Shown: positions 16,460-30,159, counted from the stretch's first letter. The stretch: DNA of 32,000 nt from Alkalilimnicola ehrlichii MLHE-1 (GCF_000014785.1 NC_008340.1:2340001-2372000); one strand, 5' to 3'. Notes: generated by a model from the letters alone, not told the origin. Program-made: numbers and translations.

Positions 16460-18196
16460 ATGGTCACTGCGAATCCCAGCGTCAGGCTGAGCGGTCTGGC
16501 GGGACGCCTGGTCCGCGAGGGCCTGCTTGATGAAGCGACGGCCCGAAAGCACACCGAGCAGGCCGTGAAACAGCGGCGCCCACTGATCAGCCATCTGGTC
16601 GAGGCCAAGGTGCTGCCGGGCCATGAGGTCATCCAGCAGGCTGCCATCGAGTTCGGCATCCCGGCACTGGACCTGGCTGCCGTCGAGCCCGACATCAATG
16701 CCGTCAAGCTGGTTTCGGAGAAGCTGATCCGGACGCACCAGGCGCTGCCCCTGTTCCGCCGTGGCAAGCGGTTGTTCCTGGGCGTGGTCGACCCCACCAA
16801 CCTCGATGCCCTGGACGAGATCAAGTTCCACACGGGGCTGACCACCGAGGCCATCCTGGTGGAGCCGGACAAGCTCACCCAGGTGATGGAGCGGGCGCTG
16901 GATGCGGCGGCCGGGGGCGATGCCGCGCTCAAGGAACTGGACCTGGACGAGGACCTGGAGCACCTCTCGGTTGGCGGCGATGAGCCCCGGGAAGAGCGGG
17001 AGGTCGGCATCGCCGGCGAGGGCGAGAAGGACGACGCCCCGGTGGTACGATTCGTCAACAAGCTCCTGCTCGACGCCATCCGCAAGGGCGCCTCGGACAT
17101 CCACTTCGAACCCTTCGAAAAGGAGTACCGGGTCCGTTTCCGCCAGGACGGCATCCTCTACGAGGTCTCCAAACCGCCGGTGAACCTGGGTGGACGCCTG
17201 GCCGCGCGCCTGAAGGTGATGTCGCGCATGGACATCGCGGAAAAGCGCGTACCCCAGGATGGGCGTATCAAGATGAACATCTCCCGCAACCGGGCCATCG
17301 ACTTCCGGGTCAGTACCTGCCCCACGCTTTTCGGCGAAAAGGTGGTGCTGCGTATCCTCGACCCCAGCAGTGCCCAGATGGGGATCGACTCCCTGGGCTA
17401 CGAGCCGGAGCAGAAACAGCGCTACCTGGAGGCACTGAGCAAGCCCTACGGGATGATCCTGGTCACCGGCCCCACCGGCTCGGGCAAGACGGTGTCGCTG
17501 TACACCGGCCTCCACATCCTCAACACCCCGGACCGGAACATCTCCACCGCCGAGGACCCCTCCGAGATCAACATGCCCGGGGTCAACCAGGTCAACATCA
17601 ACCCCAAGGCCGGGCTCACCTTTGCCAATACCCTGCGCGCCTTCCTGCGCCAGGATCCGGACGTCATCATGGTGGGTGAGATCCGTGATCTGGAAACTGC
17701 CGAGATCGCCATCAAGGCGGCCCAGACCGGGCACCTGGTGCTCTCCACCCTGCACACCAATGACGCCCCGCAAACCCTGACCCGCCTGGCCAACATGGGT
17801 GTGCCCGCCTACAACATCGCCTCCTCGGTGACCCTGATCATCGCCCAACGGCTAGCCCGCCGGCTCTGCAAGCACTGCAAGGTGCCGGAGGAGGTCCCCC
17901 GCGAGACCCTGCTGGAGGAGGGGTTCACCGAAGCGGATCTGGAGGCCGGCGTCACGGTCTACGCACCCCAGGGCTGCGAGCACTGCACCGAGGGCTACAA
18001 GGGCCGGGTGGGTATCTACCAGGTGATGCCCGTCTCCGACGCCATGGGCCGCCTGATCATGGAGGGCGGCAACGCCATGCAGTTGGCCGACCAGGCGGCC
18101 AGAGAGGGGATTGATGACCTGCGCCGCTCCGGTCTGCGCAAGGTCATTCAGGGGATGACCAGCCTGCAGGAAGTCAACCGGGTCACCAAGGACTGA
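16460..18196 (+). CDS. pilB: Type IV pilus assembly ATPase PilB
   Basis: Walker A GPTGSGKT, Asp box, Walker B VGEIRDLETAEIA, STLHTND, CKHC/CEHC zinc motif, N-terminal MshEN-like domain. Confidence 0.96.
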   Translation: MVTANPSVRLSGLAGRLVREGLLDEATARKHTEQAVKQRRPLISHLVEAKVLPGHEVIQQAAIEFGIPALDLAAVEPDINAVKLVSEKLIRTHQALPLFRRGKRLFLGVVDPTNLDALDEIKFHTGLTTEAILVEPDKLTQVMERALDAAAGGDAALKELDLDEDLEHLSVGGDEPREEREVGIAGEGEKDDAPVVRFVNKLLLDAIRKGASDIHFEPFEKEYRVRFRQDGILYEVSKPPVNLGGRLAARLKVMSRMDIAEKRVPQDGRIKMNISRNRAIDFRVSTCPTLFGEKVVLRILDPSSAQMGIDSLGYEPEQKQRYLEALSKPYGMILVTGPTGSGKTVSLYTGLHILNTPDRNISTAEDPSEINMPGVNQVNINPKAGLTFANTLRAFLRQDPDVIMVGEIRDLETAEIAIKAAQTGHLVLSTLHTNDAPQTLTRLANMGVPAYNIASSVTLIIAQRLARRLCKHCKVPEEVPRETLLEEGFTEADLEAGVTVYAPQGCEHCTEGYKGRVGIYQVMPVSDAMGRLIMEGGNAMQLADQAAREGIDDLRRSGLRKVIQGMTSLQEVNRVTKD

Positions 18197-18220
18197 TCAC
18201 CGCTTTTACGGGAACCGCAT

Positions 18221-19474
18221 ATGGCCGTCGCCACCGCAAAGAAAGCCAGTCGCAAGAAGCCCAGGCAGCAACCCGTGTTCAACTGGGAGGGCACCGACAA
18301 GCGCGGCGCCAAGGTCAAGGGCAGCATGCACTCGGAGAATGCCCTGGCGCTGAAGGCCGAGCTGCGCCGCCAGGGCATCATCCCCTCCAAGGTGCGCAAG
18401 CGCTCCGCGCTGGAGGACCTGCTCAGCGGCGGCAACAAGAAGATCAAGCCGGCGGACATCGCCTATTTCAGCCGCCAGCTCGCCACCATGCTGCAGTCCG
18501 GCGTGCCGCTGGTTCAGGCCCTGGATATCGTCGGCAAGGGGGACGAGCACGCCGGCATGCGCCAGCTCGTGGCGGAGATCAAGAACGATGTGGAGTCGGG
18601 CACGGCCCTGCACACCGCCCTACAGAAGCACCCGCGCTATTTCGATGACCTGTTCGTCAGTCTGGTGGCGGCCGGGGAGTCCGCGGGGGTGTTGGACACC
18701 CTGCTGGACAAGATCGCCACCTACAAGGAAAAGACCGAGTCGATCAAGGGCAAGATCAAGAAGGCCCTGTTCTACCCCACGGCGGTGATCGTGGTGGCCA
18801 TCGTGGTCACCGCCATCCTGCTGATCTGGGTCGTGCCGCAGTTCGAGTCGCTGTTCCGCGGCTTCGGTGCCGACCTGCCGTTGTTCACCCAGATGGTGAT
18901 CAACCTGTCGGACTTCATGCAGAGCTACTGGTTCATCATGCTGGCCGCGGCCATCGGGCTGGGCTGGGGGTTCAGCACCGCCAAGCGACGATCGAAGGCC
19001 TTCTCACGCAGCGTGGACCGGTTTTCGCTGAAGATCCCTGCCATCGGCAACATCCTTTACAAGGCCTCGGTGGCCCGCTTCGCCCGTACCCTCGCCACCA
19101 TGTTCGCCGCCGGGGTGCCCCTGGTGGAGGGGCTGCGCTCGGTGGCCAGTGCCACCGGCAACTATGTGTTCGAGTCAGCGGTGCTGCAGATTCGCGAGCA
19201 GGTGGCCGCCGGCCAGCAGCTGCAGATCTCCATGCGACTGTCCAATCTCTTCCCCAATATGGCCATCCAAATGGTGGCCATCGGCGAGGAGTCCGGCTCG
19301 TTGGACAGCATGCTCGCCAAGGTGGCCGACTACTACGAGGAGGAGGTGGACAACGCCATCGATAGCCTCAGCAGCCTGCTGGAGCCGATGATCATGGCGA
19401 TCCTCGGCATCCTGGTGGGCGGACTGGTCATCGCCATGTATCTGCCCATCTTCCAGATGGGCGCCGCCATCTGA
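18221..19474 (+). CDS. pilC: Type IV pilus inner-membrane platform protein PilC
   Basis: FNWEGTDKRGAKVKG, FSRQLATMLQSGVPLVQALDIVGKG and MVAIGEESGSLDSML motifs. Confidence 0.96.
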   Translation: MAVATAKKASRKKPRQQPVFNWEGTDKRGAKVKGSMHSENALALKAELRRQGIIPSKVRKRSALEDLLSGGNKKIKPADIAYFSRQLATMLQSGVPLVQALDIVGKGDEHAGMRQLVAEIKNDVESGTALHTALQKHPRYFDDLFVSLVAAGESAGVLDTLLDKIATYKEKTESIKGKIKKALFYPTAVIVVAIVVTAILLIWVVPQFESLFRGFGADLPLFTQMVINLSDFMQSYWFIMLAAAIGLGWGFSTAKRRSKAFSRSVDRFSLKIPAIGNILYKASVARFARTLATMFAAGVPLVEGLRSVASATGNYVFESAVLQIREQVAAGQQLQISMRLSNLFPNMAIQMVAIGEESGSLDSMLAKVADYYEEEVDNAIDSLSSLLEPMIMAILGILVGGLVIAMYLPIFQMGAAI

Positions 19475-19475
19475 C

Positions 19476-20357
19476 ATGGTGGGCGAACTCAACGCCCTCC
19501 TGGCCGACAACGCCCCGCTTGCGGCGGCCCTGGCCCTGGTGCTGGGGCTGCTGGTCGGCAGCTTTCTCAATGTGGTCATACTGCGCCTACCGATCATGAT
19601 GGAGCGGGCGTGGGCATCCGAGGTGGCGGCCAGCCGGGGTGAGGTGCACGAGGACGCGCAGTCCACCCCCTTCAACCTGGTCACGCCCCGCTCCCACTGC
19701 CCGCAGTGCGGGCACACCCTCTCCGCGCTGGAGAACATCCCGGTGGTGAGCTGGTTGCTGCTGCGCGGCCGCTGCCGAGCCTGTGGCACCCGGATCAGCG
19801 GCCGCTACCCGCTGGTGGAACTGACCACCGGCCTGCTCTCCGCGCTGGTGGTGCTGCAACTGGGCTGGACCCCGGAGACCGCGGCCGCACTGCTGCTCAC
19901 CTGGACGCTGGTGGCCCTTTCCGGGATCGACCTCGATCACCAATTGCTGCCCGACAGCCTCACCCTGCCGCTGCTCTGGGCCGGGCTGCTGGTGAACAGC
20001 ACCGGTCTGTTCGCCGAACTCACGGACGCCGTCTGGGGCGCGGCCCTGGGCTATCTGGTGCTGTGGGGGGTATTCCATGCCTTCCGCCTGCTCACCGGTA
20101 AGGAGGGTATGGGCTACGGCGACTTCAAACTGCTCGCCGCCCTCGGCGCCTGGCTGGGCTGGCAGGCCCTGCCGTTGATCATTCTGCTCTCGTCCCTGGT
20201 CGGTGCTGCAGTGGGCATCGCCCTGATAGCGCTCAAGGGCCGGGGCCGCGAGGTGCCCATCCCCTTCGGGCCCTACATCGCCGCCGCCGGCTTCATCACC
20301 CTGCTCTGGGGAGAGGCCCTGGTGCACTGGTATTTCCGGGCCTCGGGGTTGGCCTGA
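19476..20357 (+). CDS. pilD: Prepilin peptidase / N-methyltransferase PilD
   Basis: GSFLNVVILRLP, CPQCGH...CRACG zinc motif, SGIDLDHQLLPD and GYGDFKLLAALGAWLGW catalytic motifs. Confidence 0.96.
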   Translation: MVGELNALLADNAPLAAALALVLGLLVGSFLNVVILRLPIMMERAWASEVAASRGEVHEDAQSTPFNLVTPRSHCPQCGHTLSALENIPVVSWLLLRGRCRACGTRISGRYPLVELTTGLLSALVVLQLGWTPETAAALLLTWTLVALSGIDLDHQLLPDSLTLPLLWAGLLVNSTGLFAELTDAVWGAALGYLVLWGVFHAFRLLTGKEGMGYGDFKLLAALGAWLGWQALPLIILLSSLVGAAVGIALIALKGRGREVPIPFGPYIAAAGFITLLWGEALVHWYFRASGLA

Positions 20358-21007
20358 TGGGCCGCCCCACCACCCCCCCGGGCCCCGACCTGGTCATTGG
20401 CGTGACCGGCGGGATTGCCAGTGGCAAGTCCACCGTCACCGGCCTGTTCGCCGCCCGCGGACTGCCGGTGGTGGACACCGACCTGATCGCCCGGGAGGTG
20501 GTCCGGCCGGGCAGTCCGGGGCTGGCGCGATTGACTCGGGCCTTTGGCCGCGGGATTGTCAATGCCCAGGGGGCCCTGGACCGTACCGCCCTGCGCCGGC
20601 GCATATTGTCGCAGCCCGGTGAGCGGGAGCGTCTCAATGGGCTGCTCCATCCATTGATCTTCCAGCGCATGGAGGCGCGGCTGGCGGCGATCCGCGCACC
20701 GCTGGCACTGGTGGCCATCCCCCTGCTGGTTGAGACCGGTGCCAGCAAATACCTTGACCGGATACTGGTTGTAGATGTGCCTGAGACCTGTCAGATTAAA
20801 CGCTTGAAAGTTCGTGACGGCATGACTCAGGAGGACGCCGAGCGTATGCTGGTCACCCAGGCAAGCCGGGGGGAGCGATTGGCCCACGCCACGGACGTCA
20901 TCGACAACGCCGGTCCCCCCTCCGACCTGACGGACCAGGTCGCTTGCCACTACCGTCTCTGGCTGAAACTCGTAACCGGACTTGGAGCCGCCCATGATGT
21001 GGAGTGA
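20357..21007 (+). CDS. coaE: Dephospho-CoA kinase
   Basis: VIGVTGGIASGKSTV Walker A, DTDLIAREVV, and VVDVPETCQIKRL. Shares 1 nt with the pilD stop. Confidence 0.95.
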   Translation: MGRPTTPPGPDLVIGVTGGIASGKSTVTGLFAARGLPVVDTDLIAREVVRPGSPGLARLTRAFGRGIVNAQGALDRTALRRRILSQPGERERLNGLLHPLIFQRMEARLAAIRAPLALVAIPLLVETGASKYLDRILVVDVPETCQIKRLKVRDGMTQEDAERMLVTQASRGERLAHATDVIDNAGPPSDLTDQVACHYRLWLKLVTGLGAAHDVE

Positions 21008-21053
21008 CAATGACCTGTTACTGGCCACCGGCCTGCTATCGAGTGAGACGGAT

Positions 21054-21851
21054 ATGCCCGCAAGCGTCCCCGAGAGCGAGATCACCCGCCAGATCGTCTA
21101 CGAGCAGCCCCTGAACGAACGCATCCGCACCCTGCTGCGCCTGGAGCACCTGTTCCAAACCGCCCGCCAGGGCATCGCCGGGGACAGCGAACTGCACAGC
21201 CGCATCGGCATCGAGGCGCTGGTGGACGTGCTCGGGGTGTTGTCACGCAGTGATGTGCGCTCTGACATGATCAAGGAGCTGGAGCGCCTGGCCGGCGCCA
21301 TGCAAGCGTTGCGGGACCGGCCCGGGGTGGATGAGGCCCAGTTACAACGCTACACCGACGACTGCCAGGCCATCATCGACCGCCTGCGCGGCGACCGCAC
21401 GCCCCTCGGCCAACCGATGCGGGACGATGAGCTCATCGCCAGCATCTCCCAGCGCTGCGGCCTAGGCGCCGCCACCTGCGGCTTCGACGTCCCCGCCTAC
21501 CAGATGTGGCTGGAGCAACCGGCCGCAAAACGCCGCGAGACCCTGGAGCGCTGGTTCAATGCCTTCCGCGACGTGGGCACCGCCACGACGCTGATCCTGC
21601 AATTGCTGCGCGCCAGTGCAAGCCCACGCCGGCGCCAGGCCGAGGGGGGCGCCACCCAGATCAAACTCCCCCGCAACAACAACTTCCAGCTCATCCGCGT
21701 GGGGTTGGATCCGGAGCTGGCGGTCTTCCCCGAGATCAGCGGCAGCCGGTATTTTGTCACCATCCGCTTCATGGCCCAGCCGGATACCCGGGAGCGGCCG
21801 GAGCAGACCCGCGCAGCCATCCCCTTCAGCCTCTACACCTGCGCGATCTGA
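21054..21851 (+). CDS. zapD: Cell division protein ZapD (DUF1342)
   Basis: IVYEQPLNERIRTLLRLEHLF, GSRYFVTIRFM, position after coaE. Start chosen at MPASVPESE. Confidence 0.92.
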   Translation: MPASVPESEITRQIVYEQPLNERIRTLLRLEHLFQTARQGIAGDSELHSRIGIEALVDVLGVLSRSDVRSDMIKELERLAGAMQALRDRPGVDEAQLQRYTDDCQAIIDRLRGDRTPLGQPMRDDELIASISQRCGLGAATCGFDVPAYQMWLEQPAAKRRETLERWFNAFRDVGTATTLILQLLRASASPRRRQAEGGATQIKLPRNNNFQLIRVGLDPELAVFPEISGSRYFVTIRFMAQPDTRERPEQTRAAIPFSLYTCAI

Positions 21852-21884
21852 GGCGGCCGGCGGCGCCTCCGCCATCGGCGCGCT

Positions 21885-22844
21885 CTATGGCGGCGATCCG
21901 CGCGGCGGCCAGAAGCCGCGGATCCCCGCCACCCCGTGCGCCCCATGGGCCCAGGCCAACTCCAGCGCCTCCGGCCCCAAGCCACCCAAGGCGTAGACCG
22001 GCAGGTCCACCCGGCCCAGCCAGTCCCGGAATCGCTCCCAGCCCAACGGCACCTGCCGGGGGTGCGAGGCCGTGGCGGCGACCGGAGAGAGCAGCGCATA
22101 GTCCAGCCCCAGGGCCTCGGCCCGGGCCAGTTCCTCAGGGCTGTGGCAGGAGGCCCCCACCCGCACAAAGCCCTCGGGACGCGCCTCGCAGGCCATCAGC
22201 GCGCGGGCGTTCAGGTGCAGGGCGTGACCACCGGCGCGGCGTGCCACCGCGGGTGAGCGGTTCGCGGTCACGTCCACCCCCCGGGGCCCCAGGGTCCTGA
22301 TGGCCAACGCCAGCGCCCGGCCATAGGCCCGATCATCCCAGTCCGGCAGACGCAGCTGCAGCCAGGCCCCGCGAGCCGGCACGGCCAGCGACTGGAGCCG
22401 GCGCGCCAGGCCCGCCAGGTCACCGGGGGCCAGCGGCTCGGTGATGATCAGAAAGGGCGGCAGGGCCAGCCGTCGGATGATGGGGAGATTGGCCTGCGGA
22501 AAAGGCCGGCGGGCCAACTCCGTGGCCCTCAGCCAGGCCAGCGGCTGGCCCTCGAGCCCGCGTGGCTCGCCCCGCCAGGCGCTCACCCGGTGCACATCCA
22601 GGCTGACGCGGCGGTCCGGGTAGTCGTGTTCGATGCGCATCATCGGCGAGGTGCGGGTGGGGCTGATCGCCAACTCCTCCTCGAGTTCGCGGCAGAGCGC
22701 CTGCACCACCGTCTCGCCCGGCTCCACCTTGCCGCCGGGAAACTCCCACCGCCCGCCCTGGTGGCGGTGGGCGGCCCGGCGCGCCACCAGTACCCGCTGC
22801 CGGTCGTCGAGGATGACACCCACGGCCACGTGCAGACGCGCCAT
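21885..22844 (-). CDS. Nudix hydrolase (MutT-like) fused to ThiE/TenI-like domain
   Basis: N-terminal GGKVEPGETVVQALCRELEEELAI Nudix box. C-terminal TIM-barrel-like YALLSPVAATASHP...PVYALGGLG region. Confidence 0.9.
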   Translation of the reverse strand: MARLHVAVGVILDDRQRVLVARRAAHRHQGGRWEFPGGKVEPGETVVQALCRELEEELAISPTRTSPMMRIEHDYPDRRVSLDVHRVSAWRGEPRGLEGQPLAWLRATELARRPFPQANLPIIRRLALPPFLIITEPLAPGDLAGLARRLQSLAVPARGAWLQLRLPDWDDRAYGRALALAIRTLGPRGVDVTANRSPAVARRAGGHALHLNARALMACEARPEGFVRVGASCHSPEELARAEALGLDYALLSPVAATASHPRQVPLGWERFRDWLGRVDLPVYALGGLGPEALELAWAHGAHGVAGIRGFWPPRGSPP

Positions 22845-22848
22845 GGGC

Positions 22849-24045
22849 TCAGGTACGGTACTCCGCGTTGATGCGCACGTAGTCGTAGGAGAAATCGCAG
22901 GTCCAGACGGTGGCGGCGGCCGCGCCCCGCCCCAGGCCGATGCGGATGGTCACCTCCGAGCCCTGGATGCGGCGGGAGGCCTCGGCCTCATCGTACCCGG
23001 CGGCCCGTCCCCCCTGTTCGGCGATCCGGTAATCGTCCAGGTCGATGGTCACGCCGGCGACGTCCAGATCATCGATGCCCGCCCTGCCCACCGCGGCCAG
23101 GATGCGCCCCCAGTTGGGGTCGGCGGCGAACAGGGCCGTCTTCACCAGGGGCGACTCGGCCACGGTGAAGGCCACCCGCTCGGCCTCGGCGACCGCCTGC
23201 GCGCCCTCCACGACGACATTGATCAGCCGGGTGGCGCCCTCGCCGTCGCGGGCGATCGCCCGTGCCAGGGTGACGCAGAGGTCGGTCAGGGCGGAGGCCA
23301 ACCGCTCACGGTCCCCCTCGCCGGCAAGCGCCACACCGGAGTGGCCGGTGGCCACCAGCGTACAGGCATCGTTGGTGGAGGTGTCGCCGTCCACCGTCAC
23401 CCGGTTGAAGGATTGGGCGACCGCCTCGCCCAGCAACCCTTGCAGGGTGGCCTGCGGGATGTCGGCGTCGGTGGCCACGAAGGCCAGCATGGTGGCCATG
23501 TTGGGCCGGATCATGCCCGAGCCCTTGGCCATGCCGGTCAGCGTCACCGCCCCGCCCGCCAGCTGGACCGTGGCTGAGGCCAGCTTGGGCCGGGTGTCGG
23601 TGGTGAGAATGCCCCAACCGGCCTCCTGCCAGCCCGCCTCACTCAGGGCCGCCACCGCGTCCGGCAGCCCGGCGACGATGCGGTCCACCGGCAACGGCTC
23701 ACCGATGACACCGGTGGAGAAGGGCAGGACCGCCTCGGGCGCCACGCCCACCTGCTGGGCCAGGGCCTGGCAGCAGGCGCGGGCGTCGCGCATCCCGGCC
23801 TCGCCGGTGCCGGCGTTGGCGTTGCCGGTATTGATCAGCAGCCAGCGGGGGCTACCGGCGGCCAGGTGCTCGCGCGCCACGTGCACCGGTGCGGCGCAGA
23901 AGCGGTTGCGGGTAAAGACCGCGGCGCAGCGGCTGCCGGCGGCCAGTTCCATGACCACCAAGTCCCGTTGCCCGACCCGCTTGATACCCGCCTGGGCCGT
24001 GCCGAGCCGTACACCGGGCACGGGAAGCGGCTGCGGTTCGCTCAT
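22849..24045 (-). CDS. argJ: Bifunctional glutamate N-acetyltransferase / amino-acid acetyltransferase
   Basis: AAVFTRNRFCAAPV, LLINTGNANAGTG, MAKGSGMIRPNMATMLAF and NRVTVDGDTSTNDACTL. Confidence 0.96.
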   Translation of the reverse strand: MSEPQPLPVPGVRLGTAQAGIKRVGQRDLVVMELAAGSRCAAVFTRNRFCAAPVHVAREHLAAGSPRWLLINTGNANAGTGEAGMRDARACCQALAQQVGVAPEAVLPFSTGVIGEPLPVDRIVAGLPDAVAALSEAGWQEAGWGILTTDTRPKLASATVQLAGGAVTLTGMAKGSGMIRPNMATMLAFVATDADIPQATLQGLLGEAVAQSFNRVTVDGDTSTNDACTLVATGHSGVALAGEGDRERLASALTDLCVTLARAIARDGEGATRLINVVVEGAQAVAEAERVAFTVAESPLVKTALFAADPNWGRILAAVGRAGIDDLDVAGVTIDLDDYRIAEQGGRAAGYDEAEASRRIQGSEVTIRIGLGRGAAAATVWTCDFSYDYVRINAEYRT

Positions 24046-24055
24046 GCCACCCTCC

Positions 24056-26785
<2,730 letters not shown>

Positions 26786-26896
26786 GAACTCTCCCAGGGG
26801 GACTGCTCGGGTTTCATCGATGGTTCGGGAAGCGACCTACTATATATCATATGGCTGGGGGTCGCATGACCCCGGCGGCAACCGCGGAGAGACCCG

Positions 26897-27361
26897 ATGA
26901 GTCAGCCCGGCAGACCCAAGCCCCTGAATCACTGGCTGAACAACCTGCCGGTGGAGCAGCGCACCCTGCGCCAGCTCGGCCACTTCGCCCGACTGGCGCG
27001 GCGGCTGAACGCCGAGATGCCGCCGGAGCTCCACGGGCCCTGGAAACTGGCCGCACTGGATGCCGAACGCCTGCTGCTGGTCACCGAGGACAGCCTCTGG
27101 GCCACCCGGCTGCGCTACCTGGAGACGCCCCTGCTGGACGCGGCGGAACGCATCGGGGGGCTTCGCCCGCGGCGGCTGGAGGTGCAAGTCCGCCCGGCCC
27201 GGGAGCGGGCACGCCGCCGCCAGCCCCCCCGACAACCGCCGGGGCCGGAGGCCATCAAGAGCATCCGCCAGAGCGCGGAACAGGCACCGGAGCCCCTGCG
27301 CCGGGCGCTACTGCGGCTGGCCCGGCACGCGGAGGGCAAACCGGACGACCCACTGGACTGA
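26897..27361 (+). CDS. DUF721 / DciA-like protein
   Basis: 154 aa with DciA-like architecture (basic, WKLAALDAERLLLVTEDSLWATRLRYLETPLLDAA), divergent from secA. Confidence 0.75.
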   Translation: MSQPGRPKPLNHWLNNLPVEQRTLRQLGHFARLARRLNAEMPPELHGPWKLAALDAERLLLVTEDSLWATRLRYLETPLLDAAERIGGLRPRRLEVQVRPARERARRRQPPRQPPGPEAIKSIRQSAEQAPEPLRRALLRLARHAEGKPDDPLD

Positions 27362-27371
27362 CAGTGGAACG

Positions 27372-28955
27372 CTAGTCCCGCTGCCCGGCATGGCGCTCTT
27401 TCAGGCGCCGGACCACATCCGCCAAGGCGGTATTGAACAGGCGGTTGTCGTCGAGAATCAGCACGGAGGAGTCGGCCAGGCCCTGGGCCAGATCGTCCAC
27501 GCCGGTCTCCAACACCTTGAACCCGGCCCGGTTGGCGAACACCATCGCCCGCCCGTCGTCGCGCCGCTCCGCGAGCCGGCCCTGCAGCCGACGCCCGTGA
27601 TCGCGGAGGAACTCGAACCAGGTCCCCACCGGCACCTGGCGCAGCCGTTGACGGTTGGCCTCCAGATCACGCGGATCCGCCCCCACGGCCTCGGCCTCCG
27701 CCGGCCAAACCGACTCGTCCAGGGCCGGATCGGCCGCCTGCAGGCAGCGCAGGTGCTCGGCCTCCAGGGCGCGCAGCAGTTTGTGCATCTCAAAGGGATT
27801 GTAAAGCACCCAGGAGAGCCCCTCGGCCAGCTCGTGCAGGAGCAACGGTATCTCCACCACCAGTTGCTGCTGCACCACCGGGTCGTCATGGGGCTCCACG
27901 CTCCAGAGCAGGCGCTCCATCAGGGCGCACTGGCGGACCCAGGTCTCACTGTCCACGCCCTCCTTGAGGCAGGTAATGAACAGCACCCGGGACCAGGTGT
28001 CCTCGAGCAGTTCCCGCACCAGCCGCGGCGGGTTCCGGCCCTCAAGACAGCGGCCGACCTCCCGGCGCACCCGCTCCCGCGCCGCTTCGACCTGGCTGCG
28101 GTTCTCTTCCGCCTGCTGGCGCATCGCCCGCTCGGCGTCCCGATCGGCCCCGGATGACAGACCGGCGGCCCCCTGTGTCCCCGGGTCGGCCGGATCACTG
28201 CCACCACCGGCATGATCCAACCCCGACGGGCCACGGGCCGGCACCACCGGCGCGCGGCCGGTCATGGCGGTCTCCACCTCGGCGTAGATCGCCCCCAACC
28301 CCCGCATCAGGTGGCGATCAAAGAGCTTGAGCAGCACCAGTCGGGGCTCCAGCCCCACGCGCAGCACGTCGATGGCCCGGGCAAAACACTGCGCCACCCG
28401 GCCGGGATCCAGCGGATTATCCTCCTCGCGGACCTCACCCCCGGGGTATTCCCGGCCCAACAGCCGGGTCACCGCCACCAGTTGCGGACTGAAACGGCGG
28501 CGGGCCTTGGCGGCCAGGGCGTCCACCGCCAGGGCCAGCTCACGGGCATCCAGGTCGGTGGCATCCGGGGACGGGCTGTCACCGGCCACGGGCGGCCCCA
28601 TCGGACTGGGCAGTGCGGTGAAGCGGGCCTCCAGCCCGGCGCGGAACACCTCCTCCAGCTCATGGCGCCGCAAGCGCAGCTCCCGCATCGCCCGCAGGTA
28701 GTGGTCGCGCCCGCCCTCGGCCACCACCGGACGCGCGCAGTCGAACAGGGTGTCATCGGCCTCATCGAACACCCGGCGAATGAGCGTAAGCAGGCGCTCC
28801 TCGGCCAGCCGGGATACGTCCGCCACCCGCTCCGGCATCGGCTGGCCGACGTTGGAGGCCTCCCGTCGCAGGTAAACCACCTTACCGCCCCTGTCCGCCA
28901 CTTGACCTCCGCAATTGGCCCGCTGGGTGTCTATGCTGATGCCCATACCGGGCAA
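27372..28955 (-). CDS. DUF1631 family protein
   Basis: [20 protein letters not shown]...[12 protein letters not shown], and [11 protein letters not shown]...[13 protein letters not shown]...LLWSV. The start is uncertain. Confidence 0.75.
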   Translation of the reverse strand: MPGMGISIDTQRANCGGQVADRGGKVVYLRREASNVGQPMPERVADVSRLAEERLLTLIRRVFDEADDTLFDCARPVVAEGGRDHYLRAMRELRLRRHELEEVFRAGLEARFTALPSPMGPPVAGDSPSPDATDLDARELALAVDALAAKARRRFSPQLVAVTRLLGREYPGGEVREEDNPLDPGRVAQCFARAIDVLRVGLEPRLVLLKLFDRHLMRGLGAIYAEVETAMTGRAPVVPARGPSGLDHAGGGSDPADPGTQGAAGLSSGADRDAERAMRQQAEENRSQVEAARERVRREVGRCLEGRNPPRLVRELLEDTWSRVLFITCLKEGVDSETWVRQCALMERLLWSVEPHDDPVVQQQLVVEIPLLLHELAEGLSWVLYNPFEMHKLLRALEAEHLRCLQAADPALDESVWPAEAEAVGADPRDLEANRQRLRQVPVGTWFEFLRDHGRRLQGRLAERRDDGRAMVFANRAGFKVLETGVDDLAQGLADSSVLILDDNRLFNTALADVVRRLKERHAGQRD

Positions 28956-29068
28956 AGCCGATATACTTTGCCGTTTGGCGCACCCGAACCGGCGGGGGCG
29001 CTCCCTGCCGTCAATATTGTCCGCAAGGGGCGGGGCCGTGCAAGCGCGAACAAGTCAGGAGGAGACCC

Positions 29069-30118
29069 ATGACGGATATTGAGGCCATACTCGGCAATGA
29101 AGCGGAAACCCTGTTGAACCATCGCTGCGAGGGGATTCGCCGCGAGCAACTGCAACTGCCGGGCGGCGACTACATCGACCGGGTGGTCGCCCAGAAGGAC
29201 CGTAAACCCGCTGTGCTGCGCAACCTGCAGGCGCTGTTCAACACCGGCCGGCTGGCCGGGACCGGGTACCTCTCGCTGCTGCCGGTGGACCAGGGCGTGG
29301 AGCACTCGGCAGGGGCCTCGTTCGCGCCCAACCCGGCCATGTTCGATCCGGAAAGGATCGTGCAGCTGGGCATCGAGGGCGGCTGCAACGGCGTGGCCTC
29401 CACCCTGGGGGTGCTCTCGTCGGTGGCCCGCCGCTACGCCCACCGCATCCCGTTCATCGTCAAGCTCAATCACAACGAGCTGCTGACCTACCCCAACATC
29501 CACGACCAGACGCTCTTCGCCCAGGTGGAACAGGCCTTCGACATGGGGGCGGTGGCGGTGGGCGCCACCATCTACTACGGCAGCCCCGAGTGCCGACGCC
29601 AGATCCAGGAGATCAGCGAGGCCTTCGCCCGCGCCCACGAACTGGGGCTGTGCACCATCCTCTGGGCCTACCTGCGCAACAACGACTTCAAAAAGGACGG
29701 CACCGACTACCACGTCTCCGCCGACCTCACCGGCCAGGCCAACCACCTGGCGGCCACCATCAACGCCGACATTGTGAAACAGAAGCAGCCGGAGAATAAC
29801 GGCGGTTTCAAGGCACTGGGTTTCGGCAAGACCCACCCCAAGGTCTACGATGAACTGACCAGTGACCACCCCATCGACCTTACCCGCTATCAGGTGGCCT
29901 GCTGTTACATGGGCCGCGCCGGGCTGATCAACTCCGGCGGTGCCTCCGGTGAGAACGACCTGCAGCAGGCCGTGCGCACCGCCGTGATCAACAAACGCGC
30001 CGGCGGCATGGGGCTGATCTCCGGACGCAAGGCCTTCCAAAAGCCGACGGACAAGGGGGTGGAGCTGCTGCACGCCATCCAGGACGTTTACCTGGACGAC
30101 GCCATCACGGTGGCCTGA
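29069..30118 (+). CDS. fbaB: Class I fructose-bisphosphate aldolase (FbaB/DhnA type)
   Basis: [53 protein letters not shown]. Strong SD aggagga upstream. Confidence 0.93.
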   Translation: MTDIEAILGNEAETLLNHRCEGIRREQLQLPGGDYIDRVVAQKDRKPAVLRNLQALFNTGRLAGTGYLSLLPVDQGVEHSAGASFAPNPAMFDPERIVQLGIEGGCNGVASTLGVLSSVARRYAHRIPFIVKLNHNELLTYPNIHDQTLFAQVEQAFDMGAVAVGATIYYGSPECRRQIQEISEAFARAHELGLCTILWAYLRNNDFKKDGTDYHVSADLTGQANHLAATINADIVKQKQPENNGGFKALGFGKTHPKVYDELTSDHPIDLTRYQVACCYMGRAGLINSGGASGENDLQQAVRTAVINKRAGGMGLISGRKAFQKPTDKGVELLHAIQDVYLDDAITVA

Positions 30119-30129
30119 CCCCGCTGGCA

Positions 30130-30159
30130 GGCACCGCCCCGGCGCACCGGGGCGGTGCC
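30130..30159. terminator. Terminator-like hairpin after the aldolase gene
   Basis: Perfect 13-bp stem ggcaccgccccgg / cgca / ccggggcggtgcc, 12 nt after the stop. No adjacent T-tract. Confidence 0.7.

Noticed and set aside
16346-17848. 500-aa minus-strand ORF
   Set aside because: Antisense to pilB, whose catalytic motifs are intact on the plus strand.
21852-21884. Expected yacG gene between zapD and the Nudix gene
   Set aside because: Many gammaproteobacteria have yacG here, but the gap is only about 33 nt and contains no zinc-motif ORF. Its absence at this locus is a common kind of variation and not strong enough to be a finding without the rest of the genome.
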